A stretch of 64,000 bases of DNA from Nemertoderma westbladi (lineage: Eukaryota; Animalia; Xenacoelomorpha), in assembly GCA_032718475.1 (NCBI GenBank), contig JAUCBJ010008926.1, positions 1 through 64,000 on the forward strand, given 5' to 3'. Both the position numbers and the translations under genes were made by a program. Positions 1 through 11,659 of the stretch are shown one piece after another. The first letter of the stretch is position 1; each line of letters opens with the position of its first letter. A model generated the notes under the pieces. That model was not told the origin of the DNA. It made no database searches and saw nothing but the letters and a program-made list of their open reading frames with translations.

Positions 1-1195
1 CAAAAATTGAGTGAGACACGTAGCTCAGATTTTCGTTTTTAGGTCGATACCTAATGCTGGAATCAGTATCATTTTATGCGGTGTCGTCTTCCGACCTAAT
101 ACAATATACAACGAGTAAGATAATGTAGAAATTATTAAGGAAATAACACAATTTTAGAGTGAGAACAAAAGTATCAATATATTACCATGAAAAAGATTAC
201 AAGTGATGAATTTTATTAAAAACATTCACTTATATATATAAATTTGCGATGTGGCATAGTCAACGAAGCATAGATGGTACGTGTCATAATCATCAACGAA
301 TAAGAAAAGAGATGGGGAGCAACGTGGATGAATGGTTGGTTGCATGAATATGAATCATAGGGTTGTGTGTAATAATCAATAATTATTATAATAAAAAAAA
401 CGCGCAGTATATAATGTTAGTGGTGGTGGTGGTGGTGGTAGCCTTTCAATATGGCACAGATGCTGCTGGATCGGTTAGCTTGAGTAACTAATATGGAAAT
501 ATTCGTATACGTGTAGCTAGAACGTGGCGGAATTTCATCACGTATCATAATAGCGTTGGTGTAGGCAGGCTGCTCGGTTGATTGGTTTGGCGACAGCGGT
601 CGTGGAGTTGGTAATCAATATAATATCTGCTGTAGTTGGTGGCCACGTTGTCAGCATATACAGTATACACTGGTTGGTTGGTTGGATAGGAAATAACTAT
701 GGAAATATTCATATACGTGTAGCCGGAAACGTGGCGGAATTTCAACACGTATCATAATAGCGTTGATTGGTTTGGCGACAGCAGTCGAAGAGTAACCGTG
801 GTGAGTTGGTAATCGATTCGATATAATAGGGTAGTGTGGGGCTAGCCACGCGATGAGAGGTTTGGGTACGCGAAGATGAATATGAGATGGTTGGTTGATG
901 CAACGACGCGAACCAATACTCGCGGGTGGTAACAGCTGTAGGAGTAAGGAGGGCATCGTGAGGTTAGGCTACGCGTAGGTGATAGGCAGCGATTGGCTGA
1001 AGGCAACGACGCGAATCAATATTGATGGTGACAGATGGTCATTAAACACCTCGATTTAGCTCCGGAATTTGGCATTTTTTAATTGCCTCCGAGATGTGGC
1101 CCGTAGCCCAGGCTAGGGAGGAGTTATTGGAGGGCTATGCTTCTCCTACTACTGATATTCCCAGGTCTACCCAACTAAAAAATCCTGGCTACGAG

Positions 1196-2160
1196 CCTGA
1201 TCCACACTTGAGTTGTAAATACATTGCATCCACTTCACCAAGGTGGAACATTTGTATTGTATTTAAGATTTATTTTCATGAGTCATATAATAACCTTTTT
1301 ACTATTGCGATCAAAATAAAAATTTTCAGATAAAACCATACTAAATTAAAACTCTATCTATGTTGTATTCGCTATATTTCGTTTGCTGACATTATTTCAT
1401 CGCGAAATTAAAAGCATCTGCTATCACTATTATTATAGTATATTACCTAAAGTAGTGACACTGAGTTGGAACAGATAGGATAATTGCACTTTGTTATGTT
1501 TTAGTTTAGTAGCTTTAACCCTAATAGTATCGGGCTATAAAATGTTGTACAAATACCGGGGGGGAGGGTCATAATGACCCTGGTCGAATCTGTGACAATC
1601 TGTGTATCCTATTTTGTGTTTACTTTTTATATTTTCCGCGAAGCGACGGCAAAAATTTAAAATTCCTGAAAATTTCTGAGTCTCAGCATACCATTAATGA
1701 CCCCTATTGCTTCTTCGTAATCAATTTGAATGTTAATCCCTAAATCCCTATATTTTTCATAAAAACCCTCAAAACTTTACAAATTTTGAAAAATCGGCTA
1801 ATATAAAAAGCCGCATAGTTTCAATAAAAATGGTACTCGAAATGTGAATACAATGCTTCCACTTCACCAAGGTGAAACCTTAACGAAAACTATCCTGATC
1901 CACACTTGAGTTGTAAATACATTGCATCCACTTCATCAAGATGGAACATTTGTATTCTATTTAAGATTTATTTTCATGAGTCACATAATAACCCCAATAC
2001 TACCGGGCTATAAAATGTTGTACAAATACCGGGGGAGGGTCATAATGACCCTGGTCGGGGTAGGGATCGAATCTGTGACATTCTGCGTATCATATTTTGT
2101 GTTTACTTTTTATAATTTCCGTGAAGCGATGGCAAAAATTTAAAATTCCTGAAAATTTCT
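1196..2160. repeat. Local direct duplications (~1196-1290 with ~1894-1990; ~1528-1680 with ~2004-2160)
   Basis: CCTGATCCACACTTGAGTTGTAAATACATTGCATCCACTTCA and CGGGCTATAAAATGTTGTACAAATACCGGGGG each occur twice. Confidence 0.8.
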
Positions 2161-2648
2161 GGGTAGAGAATTATAAATATATTTGGTGAGCACAGTGCTA
2201 CGCAAAGGCTCCGTGGCAGATGTATTTTAGCTATGGACTCGCATGTCGATTCTACTCTACTATAGCCAGACTGTCTTCGAGGTGCCCCGTTAGCCTTGGC
2301 GCCGCTAATTTGCATGAGGGCCGGCCGGCAAGCGAGATATCTCTATTGCTAATAAGCTTGAGGACCCAAATAAGGCTAACATTCATATGCTATATCCCTT
2401 AGTTATTATCGTTATATAATTACTACTGTCTCCTAACGACTTATCGCTGGGAACCCTTTAATTAAAGCCGCCTCTCGTTGAATCTGTTGTGATGTTCCCT
2501 CTGCGCCGATGCTATATAAACTGAGTTGGGCCTTCATTCGTCATCAGTTTTGAGTTCGAAAAATTTTACGTGATTTATTTTACAAGACGCTAATTTTAAA
2601 CTTCACATTTTATTTTAAACTTGATAATTTGCTAACTTATTTAACATC

Positions 2649-3063
2649 ATGGATTCCACCACCAGCACCCAGCTAGCCGCCTCCGTGACACCGGTCTCCA
2701 CCACAGCTACACCCGTCACCACCATGTCCAACGCTACCAACACAACCACAACCAGAACAAACACAACTGGCACGCAGACTACGGAGAGCAGGCCGGAGCC
2801 TATTACCGCATACCTTCAACATCTCAGAGATGAGTCTGAGGAAATGGAGTGGGACGAAGAACTGATTGAGCGGGAGCTCGCGATTCGGGAAATGAAGGAA
2901 GCGCGAGTGGAAGGCCTCCGGAGCTCAACTCAATGGTATGACCGATATCTTTATGAAGAATATGTCCAGAATGAGTTAGTGGCAGCTGAGGAACAACGTT
3001 TCCATTACCCTTTTCCCCAGGAAAACTGGGAGATCCCTGAAGACTTTAGAGAGGAACCCTGGT
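2649..3063 (+). CDS. Unidentified gene, first coding exon (Thr-rich N-terminus, acidic C-terminal part)
   Basis: ATG ORF 2649-3107; TATATAAA at ~2513-2520 and TCAGTT initiator-like motif at ~2544; GTAAGT donor at 3064-3069 where composition turns AT-rich; candidate acceptor TTTTCTCATAG at 3253-3263. No family recognised. Confidence 0.5.
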
Positions 3064-4499
3064 GTAAGTTATATTTAATACTAACATTCCTCTATAATAT
3101 GATATAATAAAATATGTTAAAGCAATATGCAGATTGAGCAGAAATTAATTTGAGTAATTACAATAATTTTAAAGTTATACGAATTACCAAGATGGTTATA
3201 AAGCAATTACTTAAATAATAAATTATTATTTAATTATAAAATAAATTATTTATTTTCTCATAGGCTAATGAGATTATATTCTATCGCTGAGGGCTCAGAG
3301 ATAGTTTTCGCTGGAGTGAGCGAGATGGGAGGATTGGGAATGCAGTTGTTCTAGAGCGGTGACAGTTGGACCTCACTGTGAAAACGAATAAATTAGTGTT
3401 ACTAATGGGGGGACTGATGAGTTATAATTCTATGGAGTGGAGAAAAAAGAGTCATAAAGAACTTTATTTGTTTAATTATTCTTTAGCTATCCATACTTAT
3501 TTTATTTGTTTCTACGATACAGGCCACCAGAAAACCCAGATTTGTACAATTGTGAACATATTTTATCAAATGTGTACCAGTGTAATGTAATGTTGTTGAA
3601 CGGGACAATTGAACATAATTGAATTGGCAACAACCAAAATTTTCCGCCAAAGGATAAAAATTAATACTTTTGAAATGTTTAGTAATCTGGAAACTCTCTA
3701 TAGTTTCCCGGGAACTGTCACTCACTATAGCTGAAAATGTGATAAGGATTTTGTTTACCTTTATTATAGTGTGCGGTTAATAGTGTCTAGTAGGCCCATA
3801 GTTAGTGAAATTAAGGCATGTTCTGGTCTTTCTCTGTGCCCTCTCAGTGTCAGACTAATGGCGTGACATCTTCCTGCACTAAATTAATTATTCAATGGTC
3901 TAGGCTCCTCCATTCACGTACCCATCCACTCCTATACACTCCATGAACCTCCATGTGGTCTTGTATGTAGTTCTCTCTCTACCAATATAGCCCATGTCCG
4001 CAATGTTCCGCCCGGGGGGCTCTCTCATCTACCCGATATAAGACATACCGGCGCACCGCACACAAAGCCTTTGTCGATCCCAGCAAGTTAGCCTCCTGCT
4101 GTGTGATCTTTTATATCCAAATAATCTCTGATGGTTGCACGTCAAAATTTTGCTTACTATTACACAATTATATTAGTATTAGGACTATTTATCCATAATA
4201 ATTATATTAGTATTATAAATGTATTTACACCCGATGATATTTATTACTATTAGGCCTATTTATTCAAGAAAATTATATGTTTTTATAATATATCTTGGAA
4301 AATTAGTCGACTAAGTGATAATTTTTAAAACTTTAAATACGGGATGAGTTATTTTATAAAGTTAAGAAGAATGAACCAATAGAGGGAGCCCGAAGTCTAA
4401 TCTCTTGGCCTTTACTCACATTAACTCCCAAGGTTGCATACTATCACTATAGCTGGGAGAGTTGAAGCTAGTGTATACAGAGTTAGCCAAGAGCGTCGC

Positions 4500-5015
4500 A
4501 CTGAGGCATAGTCTATGCCTCAGTGAGTCATAGTCTATGCCTCAGTGAGTCATAGTCTATGCCTCAATGCCTCAGTGAGGCATAGTCTATGCCTCAGTGA
4601 GGCATAGTCTATGCCTCGGCACTGAGGCATAGACTATGACTCACTGAGGCATAGACTATGACTCACTGAGGCATAGACTGTGACTCACTGAGGCATAGAC
4701 TATGCCTCACTGAGGCACTGTATGACTCACTGAGGCATAGACTATGCCTCACTGAGGCATAGTCTATGCCTCAGTGAGTCATAGTCTATGCCTCAGTGAG
4801 GCATAGTCTATGCCTCAGTGAATCATAGTCTATGCCTCAGTGCCTCAGTGAGGCATAGTCTATGCCTCAGTGAGTCACAGTCTATGCCTCAGTGAGTCAT
4901 AGTCTATGCCTCAGTGAGGCATAGTCTATGCCTCAGTGCCTCAGTGAAGCATAGACTATGCCTCAGTGAGGCATAGTCTATGCCTCAGTGAGTCATAGTC
5001 TATGCCTCAGTGCCT
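4500..5015. repeat. Palindromic ~21-bp tandem array with orientation switches
   Basis: Units built on the palindrome CACTGAGGCATAG(T/A)CTATGCCTCAGTG; forward ~4500-4620, inverted ~4620-4760, forward ~4760-5015. Confidence 0.95.
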
Positions 5016-5016
5016 A

Positions 5017-5139
5017 ACGCCCTGATTTACAACAAACTGAAGCCTCTAGAACAAAAACTGGGTTGCCAGATTCGCTGTCTCGCCGGTGACACGGATTCTC
5101 TAATGCTAAGCATAACTAATACACCACAGCTAACCTTTC
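5017..5139 (+). pseudogene. Inverted duplicate fragment of the pPolB gene (catalytic DTDS region)
   Basis: 5026-5139 is the near-exact reverse complement of ~7188-7301 (YNKLKPLEQKLGCQIRCLAGDTDSLMLS); the preceding ACGCCCTGATTTA matches 7355-7367 on the + strand. Confidence 0.9.
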
Positions 5140-5379
5140 AGATGCGAGTACAGTGGTAAAGCCCATCCATAGTGAGATAACGTCGCACTAGCTCTCAAGG
5201 ATAGTTATACTCACCATTCAAATATCCCTCGCAAACCAGATTCCCCCAACATCTAAAGTACTCCACTTCAATGCAAAATATATAATGCAATATAACTCGA
5301 ATATTTCTGTTTTTTATAATATAAATAATAATTGTAACATAAATTTATAATTTAACATAAATATAATGTGAACATTCAC

Positions 5380-6150
5380 TTTAACATAGAGTAACTAAAC
5401 TAAACATGAAATAGGATAAACAGATGGTCATAGGTTCGACCCGTACTCATATCCATTTTATGGAAAATATAAAAAGTAAACATAGAATAACTAGAGTAAC
5501 TAAACTAAACATAAAATAGGATAAACAGGTGGTCACATGTTCGACCCCTTCTCGTATCCCGTTTTATGGAAAATATAAAAAGTAAACACAAAATAGGATA
5601 AACAGATGGTCACGGGTTCAATCCCTACTCGCGACCAATATACAACCAACACAAAATAAGTTAAACATAGAATAACTAGACTAAACTAAACATAAATTAG
5701 GAAAACATATGGTCACATGTTCGACCCCTACTCGTATCTGTTTTATGGAAAATATAAAAAGTAAACAGCTGGTCACGGGTTCAATCTCTACTCGTGACCA
5801 TTTTAAAACCAACACAAAATAAGTTAAACCAGGGTTCGAATCCTAGTCATGAAAATATAAAAAGTAAACATAGAATAACTAGACTAAACTAAACATAAAT
5901 TAGGAAAACATATGGTCACATGTTTGACCCCTACTCGTATCCATTTTATGGAAAATATAAAAAGTAAACACAAAATAGGAAAAACAGCTGGTCACGGGTT
6001 CAATCCCTACTCGCAACCATTATAAAACCAACACAAAATAAGTTAAACCAGGGTTCAAGTCCTACTAATGCAATTATAAAAAGTAGGTAACACGGATGGT
6101 CACGGATTCAAACCCTACTCACGGAAAAATAAAAACCAACACAAAATAAA
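5380..6150 (+). repeat. Array of ~10 B-box/tRNA T-arm-like motifs separated by repeated A-rich spacers
   Basis: GGTCAC(G/A)(G/T)GTTC(G/A)A(T/C)CCCTACTC-type motifs at ~5427, 5531, 5608, 5711, 5771, 5830, 5914, 5990, 6049, 6098. Confidence 0.8.
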
Positions 6151-6188
6151 TAATATAGTAAACTTTCATGTATACCATAGTAAATAAA

Positions 6189-6695
6189 CTAATTTAATAA
6201 TAAAGTTTGTAAAATAGATAATGATTCGGGGAATTCACCGGCAGGACACATGGAAACGATTTTATTACTATGAAATACACTGAAATATGCACGTCCTATA
6301 TATATTCTAATCGCGCAAAATAATTCGGGGGTATAGCTAATAAATATTGCTTTATTATTAATTGTATGATGTCCACATTTTTTCATTGATAATTTAAAAT
6401 TAACACTTGGAAAAATAATAGTTTGTGTTTCGGTATTAAGTTTCAAATTTTGTAATTGCATACCGATAGTTTGTTTTAAATAAAGCAATTCACTAGCTAA
6501 ATTATTGCATAGGCCTAAGATTGTTACTGCGCCGCTGGGAAATAGCATTATAGTTGAATCGTCACCTTTGTAGATAAACATGTTTGGTTTTAAGCAACTT
6601 TGACCTGTAATTTGCTGTGAAATTTTCTCTAGTTCAAATTTGGCAATGTTTTTTCCGGTAAACTGTTTATTGGTTAATTCTATTTTGTTGCTCAA
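6189..6695 (-). CDS. TATA-binding protein (TBP)-like ORF, divergent
   Basis: 168-codon stop-free ORF with two TBP-repeat-like motifs, IMLFPSGAVTILG and SYTPELFCAIRIYIGRAYFSVFHSNKIV (cf. TBP LIFxSGKxVxTG, YEPELFPGLIY); lacks an N-terminal ATG but follows an in-frame splice acceptor TTATTTTTCTAG. Confidence 0.65.
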   Translation of the reverse strand: MSNKIELTNKQFTGKNIAKFELEKISQQITGQSCLKPNMFIYKGDDSTIMLFPSGAVTILGLCNNLASELLYLKQTIGMQLQNLKLNTETQTIIFPSVNFKLSMKKCGHHTINNKAIFISYTPELFCAIRIYIGRAYFSVFHSNKIVSMCPAGEFPESLSILQTLLLN

Positions 6696-6718
6696 TTTCT
6701 TATTCTAGAAAAATAAAA

Positions 6719-9700
6719 TTAAATCCTAGTAGGGGGGGTTACTACTCGTTTCGCCGGTCTAACAAGCTTATTGCTATAGTGCCCGTATGGTTTGCTGCTA
6801 TATTTACTACTCCAATATGATTTCGTATCCCAGAGCGTTAGTACCTTCTTATAGACATGACCAGTAAAAATTTGATGCTTTCTAGAAGTGAAGGTAGAGT
6901 TATAGCGGAAGAGCATTGCTTCGTTTTCAAACAGTCTGCATAATCCTCGTGTGTTAGTTGCTTAGCGACAACCGATCTAGATACACCTTTGGCGGTTTTC
7001 TTGATTGGGGCATCGTAGGATTGAAAACTGTAGACCTTTGGTTTAAGGAAAACTCACTGTTTATTCTGCAAACCGCAGCTCTCATCTTTTACGAAGCCGA
7101 GAGCCGCTTTGTGTTTAATGGTATAGAATGGATGTGTTGTACTATAGTTGGAAGTATCTAGGAAACCACCCTCAAACATTGCCCGTAGAAAGGTTAGCTG
7201 TGGTGTATTAGTTACGCTTAGCATTAGAGAATCCGTGTCACCAGCTAGACAGCGAATCTGGCAACCCAGTTTTTGTTCTAGAGGCTTCAGTTTGTTGTAA
7301 AATAGGTCGAACATCTGTAGCTTAGATAGATCTAGTATAGTGCAACCGATGAACACGCCCTGATTTAGGCAAACAGCCTCTTTAGTGAAAGTATGACCAC
7401 TCAAGTTGGGGGTAAAGACAATGAACGATTCGTGGTTGGGCTTGGCTAAGAGCAAATCGCATTGCTCGTCACTATTGCATAACCTGAAAGAAACGCGGTC
7501 TCTAACCTTTTGGAGGCATTTCCCATACAAGGCATTGTTCATCAACTTATAAAATAGGACCTCGAATGGGTTATTTGCCGACTGTCTTTTATTTGTATTA
7601 AAACTAATGTAGTCCTTGAAAATATATTTTTGTGAAAAAGAGTAGACCCTGTGAACTTGTGTAAGTTTAAGACCGAGCTTCAAATAGAGCTGAAGTAGCT
7701 TAATATGGATACCGTATTCAACTTTATTAAACTGATGTAGTAGTAGCTTAGTACAGGTATCGTTGTATGGTCTACAGGTAGCCGTATCGGTGAGATTGTA
7801 ATGCTCCCAAAGATCTTCCATGTATTCGCTAAGAAAGGATTTAGGGACTGACATCTTCTCCGCTCCTAAAGGCAGATCGGTGGTCAAATCGTGAATTTCT
7901 TTCGGGTAATGTAGATCAACTATACAATAATAACCCAGTGTCCCCACTCGCGTCTACTGTAGCTAGGTCTATTGGGGTAGTTACGAGTGTAATATTAGCA
8001 TAGGGAAGTTTCTGGCTCAGGGCGCAGCCGTAAAGGTTATTCGCATCGATGGGAATTAGATATTTCTTGGGGAGACTGGAGTCATAGTCGGGTTTATCGG
8101 GAATATTTGCGTCTACGGAATGTGTATTCAAGAATACTAGACCACCCCTAATATTTGTTTCAAAGTCCGAGTAGATGGAAGCATCTGATAGTAATTGAAT
8201 TTCTGATTGCGTGAATTAATCCTGGGGCAGTGAAGTACATTACGGGCTCGAGTCCATAATTAGTAAGACAGAGGGATCGGAACTGCTCGAAAGTATCAAC
8301 CAATAGGGTAACGTCTAGAACCAAATAGCCAATCATATAGTCGAAGATTGTTGCGCAGTTTAATTCATCCCAAGTAGTAAGCACGCGCTGATAGTTGTCT
8401 GCGCTACATTGTTCCAATTTGAGATCATTATAGAAGCTTTCTATTGGGGGGAGTGTAGTTTCGTGTAGGTTTGAAATATTTTGAATGTAAGAATATGGGA
8501 ATACGCCCTTGTTTTTTATTGTGTTATCGCTAATGTTGGGATAGAGTTGGGTTTTAGGTTTAGTTTTAAATTCTGATTTGGTACTGTATAAAAGGCTGCC
8601 GCGCTAGCTATATGTTTCTGTGGGAGTTTAATATTGTTTGTAGGTTCTAGAATAGTTTCAATGTCGGCGTATATACAGAAAGGTGGGGATAGAGTCTTAT
8701 CGTACCGGTCAAATTTAACCAAGAGATTTTCGGGCATATACTCGAGTTGGTGTTTACCCGTATAGCAACGCTCTCGATGTTCTTCCAATGATTTGTCAGT
8801 GTAAAAGGCTCTGAGACAGCGTTCGCAGTGCGTCTTGTTGCCTTTAGAAGTAGCTTTTGTATTTATTAGTCTATCTATGCTAGTAATAGCTACGTAGTGG
8901 GCGGGTTTTTTGGATGTGGCTTCGATAAATAATAAATTTAGTATAGTTTTACCGGAACAGTGCGCGCTATCTGGTTGACTTAGAATGGAGAGTTCTTCCG
9001 TATTACTCCAATATAGAAGATTTATACAGTATACAGGGTTTGCTTTCAGAAGCTGGGGAATATTCATATTGGAAAAATCAATCATGTTTAAGAAAGGAGT
9101 ATACGTTGAAATTCTTTTGATATTATTTTTTTTTCTATCAATTTTCTTATAATTCGCGGTGGCCAATACTGTGTATTTAAAGCATTCTCCCAGCGGGCAG
9201 TCTACTCTTACGGTACATTGTTTATTTAATAATAATTTAGAATTATTGAAGCCTTGACCCTTTAAATAGGGGTTGCGCTGGGAACATGCAATCTCAATAG
9301 TTATTCGCTCGATAGCTATTATGCGCCAACCCGAGCCGAGGCAGAGAAACACACTTAATAGCTGATCGATACGATTGACGGCGCCAGAAAACCAGTTATT
9401 AAAGTCGCTATTATTTAGAATTTGATTATTGTTACCGCTAGATTTAATACATAATGATTCAATTTGAAAACCCTCGCTGGTTTCACGCTCCATTACGATA
9501 TTGATTGTAAGCCAGACTCTTAAAAAAGTTCCCAAAGCACTATGTAAATGGCTACTAACATGTTCTTGGATATGTGGAAAATTTTCATTTAAAGTTAGTT
9601 CAATGTCGAGTCTTGTTTCAGAGAGGTTATTGTTATAAGTAAACAGTCGTCCATGTGCGCTTCCATTGGAGGGAGGTTGAAAGGGATTGTTTGGGGAAAT

Positions 9701-10093
9701 AGAGTTATAATCTCGCGAAGTTGAAGGTTTGTTATTGGAGCCGCCGCCGCCGACTTGTTCTGGAGTAGAGTTGATGGGGGTTGAGTGGGAGGTAGCTGGA
9801 GTTTTGCGTTTACGTGAAAAAAGACGAGTGTAGCATTCATGCTTAGTAAAGGACGATAGGGTGAGCGAATCCCCGCAGCGACAATCGGCTGGCTCATTTA
9901 CGTAAGTAAATCCGGTGCCCCCATTGTAACATGAAGCAAGATGACCAATCATCGTCTTCTTTTCCGAGCAACAAGTTTGGCAGCAGTCGCATCTATAGTG
10001 CGCAAAATGAATTTTAATGTGGCGAGATAAATTATCGCTCCGCGTCTCTTTGTCGCAGATGGGGCAGCAAACTTTATTGGTAGACATAGGCAT
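6719..10093 (-). pseudogene. Protein-primed B-family DNA polymerase (Polinton/Maverick type), frameshifted and internally deleted, with N-terminal zinc fingers
   Basis: Motifs in order across ORF pieces: CPIC...HIKIH zinc finger, GSGW, CERC zinc finger, ExoI YADIET, KGVFPYSY...LPPIESFY, DVTLLVDTFEQFR, TAPGL, RGG, DANNLYG, KLMNNALYGK, GDTDS, KDE, LKPKVYS, KTAKGV, C-terminal PYGHY. No ExoII motif is visible between YADIET and KGVFPY. Confidence 0.92.
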
Positions 10094-10749
10094 CTTGAAT
10101 CTAGAAAAATAAGTTGATTATTTGTAAAAAATAAAAAATACTGTATACTTGCTAAAAATAAAGTAAAACAGTAGATATTAATTGGTTACTAGGCAACAAT
10201 ACTGCATTTGTACAGTTAGTGTAGTAGTGTTAGTGTACCAGCTGCCAGATAGTGGCAATAACCAAGACACAAAAGCGATGGCAGTTATTATTCGTGGAAA
10301 GAGGGTCTATAAACAGCAGTCAACAGTCAGTCAGTGCAGTAGTGCTAGTGATATAGTCTGCCAGAAGTCAGACGTATTGGTAGCGTTAACCAATACAAAT
10401 CAACGATAGGCCTAGCTAATCGCTGTGTGAGATCTCAGTTAGTCAGTAGGATATATAGTGAAAACTGCAGTATTCATTGTTGTTCAGTAGGGTCTATATC
10501 GCTACTACGATGGCATTAGGCTAACTCGAATGATCCGGTAGCGGTAGTCAGGTAGACAAGCAGATAGGCAGATGTAGGCCTATTGATCGAATGCTTCGAT
10601 CACGGTTTAGGCTATCGCTACCACTGCAGTCTGATAGTAATTAATAATGAGCCTACTGCAATACTGTTGTACCGGTAGATATTAAAAGTAAATTGTTTGC
10701 TATCGGCATCGAAAGTATAGCTAGATGGTGGAAGGCAGATTTTACTTAC

Positions 10750-11180
10750 GGTGTTAGTAAATATTCACGGAAAGATGAAATTTGGATGTTCGTTGGCAAC
10801 GAAGAAGTTGGTTGACGTGGACGACGAGAGAGTTTATTTACCGATAGAACGGAATGGTATCGGAAATTAGGTTGGAAAATATTATGCGGTTGTATGACGG
10901 ATTCGCGGAAAGTTCGTTGACGATGATGAGCGATAACACGGCGAAATGACAATAATACAACTGGATTGTTGATAGATGATAATAAATAAATATTCTTAAT
11001 AAATAATAATAAACTCGAAAACAAAATAATGGTAAATGATGTTAATCGTAACTTGCAAATGAAGTAATGACGTAATATCTTGGTGGGGACGTATTAAATA
11101 GCAATTGGTTGTTTAGGAGGCCGTTGTCTCTTAAATGAGCCAATCAGGACGGAGCAGCAGAAATGATCCCCGCTGATTGG
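10750..11180 (-). promoter_or_regulatory. Putative promoter and ATG-free leader exon of the pPolB transcript
   Basis: Minus strand: CCAAT boxes (~11105, 11140, 11178), TATTTAAT at ~11093-11100, TCATTAC initiator-like motif at ~11070, ~320 nt without ATG, GTAAGT donor at 10749-10744; acceptor TTATTTTTCTAG 7 nt upstream of the polymerase ATG. Confidence 0.55.
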
Positions 11181-11659
11181 ATGTTCGCGCAAAAGCGGTA
11201 ACCAGGGCAACTTCTCATGTTGATGATTCTATATTAGAAAACCCCTGTAGGCATCTTGACTAATTATGTTGAGTTGACTGTATAACAGAATCAGGTCTGG
11301 TGCAAAGGAATACGATTAGTAGAGAGGAATGCGTGTTTAGAGGCGCTTCATTGTTATGATACGGGATGCCTGGATATAGGAAAGGACCAAAGTGATGCCG
11401 TAGTGAGAACAAAGGATGGCCGCTGGAACATTAGCCTTGAGCGATATATGGATTTAGTGTAGACAAGGCCGTATTGGAATTATTAGTGAGTCATCAAAGG
11501 GGCTGCTAACAGCCGGGTCCACTGATTTATATTTGCCTTGGGGGTATACGTGTAGATTCAATGCATTAGAGACCGTGTCGTATCTACTTAATGAATAGCG
11601 ATGGCAGAGAAGGGGGCCCGCCGATTAGTTGCCAGTAGGGAGCCGTATACCATAGCCAT

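Noticed and set aside
4500-6150. CRISPR-like appearance of the palindromic and B-box arrays
   Set aside because: Spacers are absent or themselves repeated, there are no cas genes, and the context is eukaryotic.
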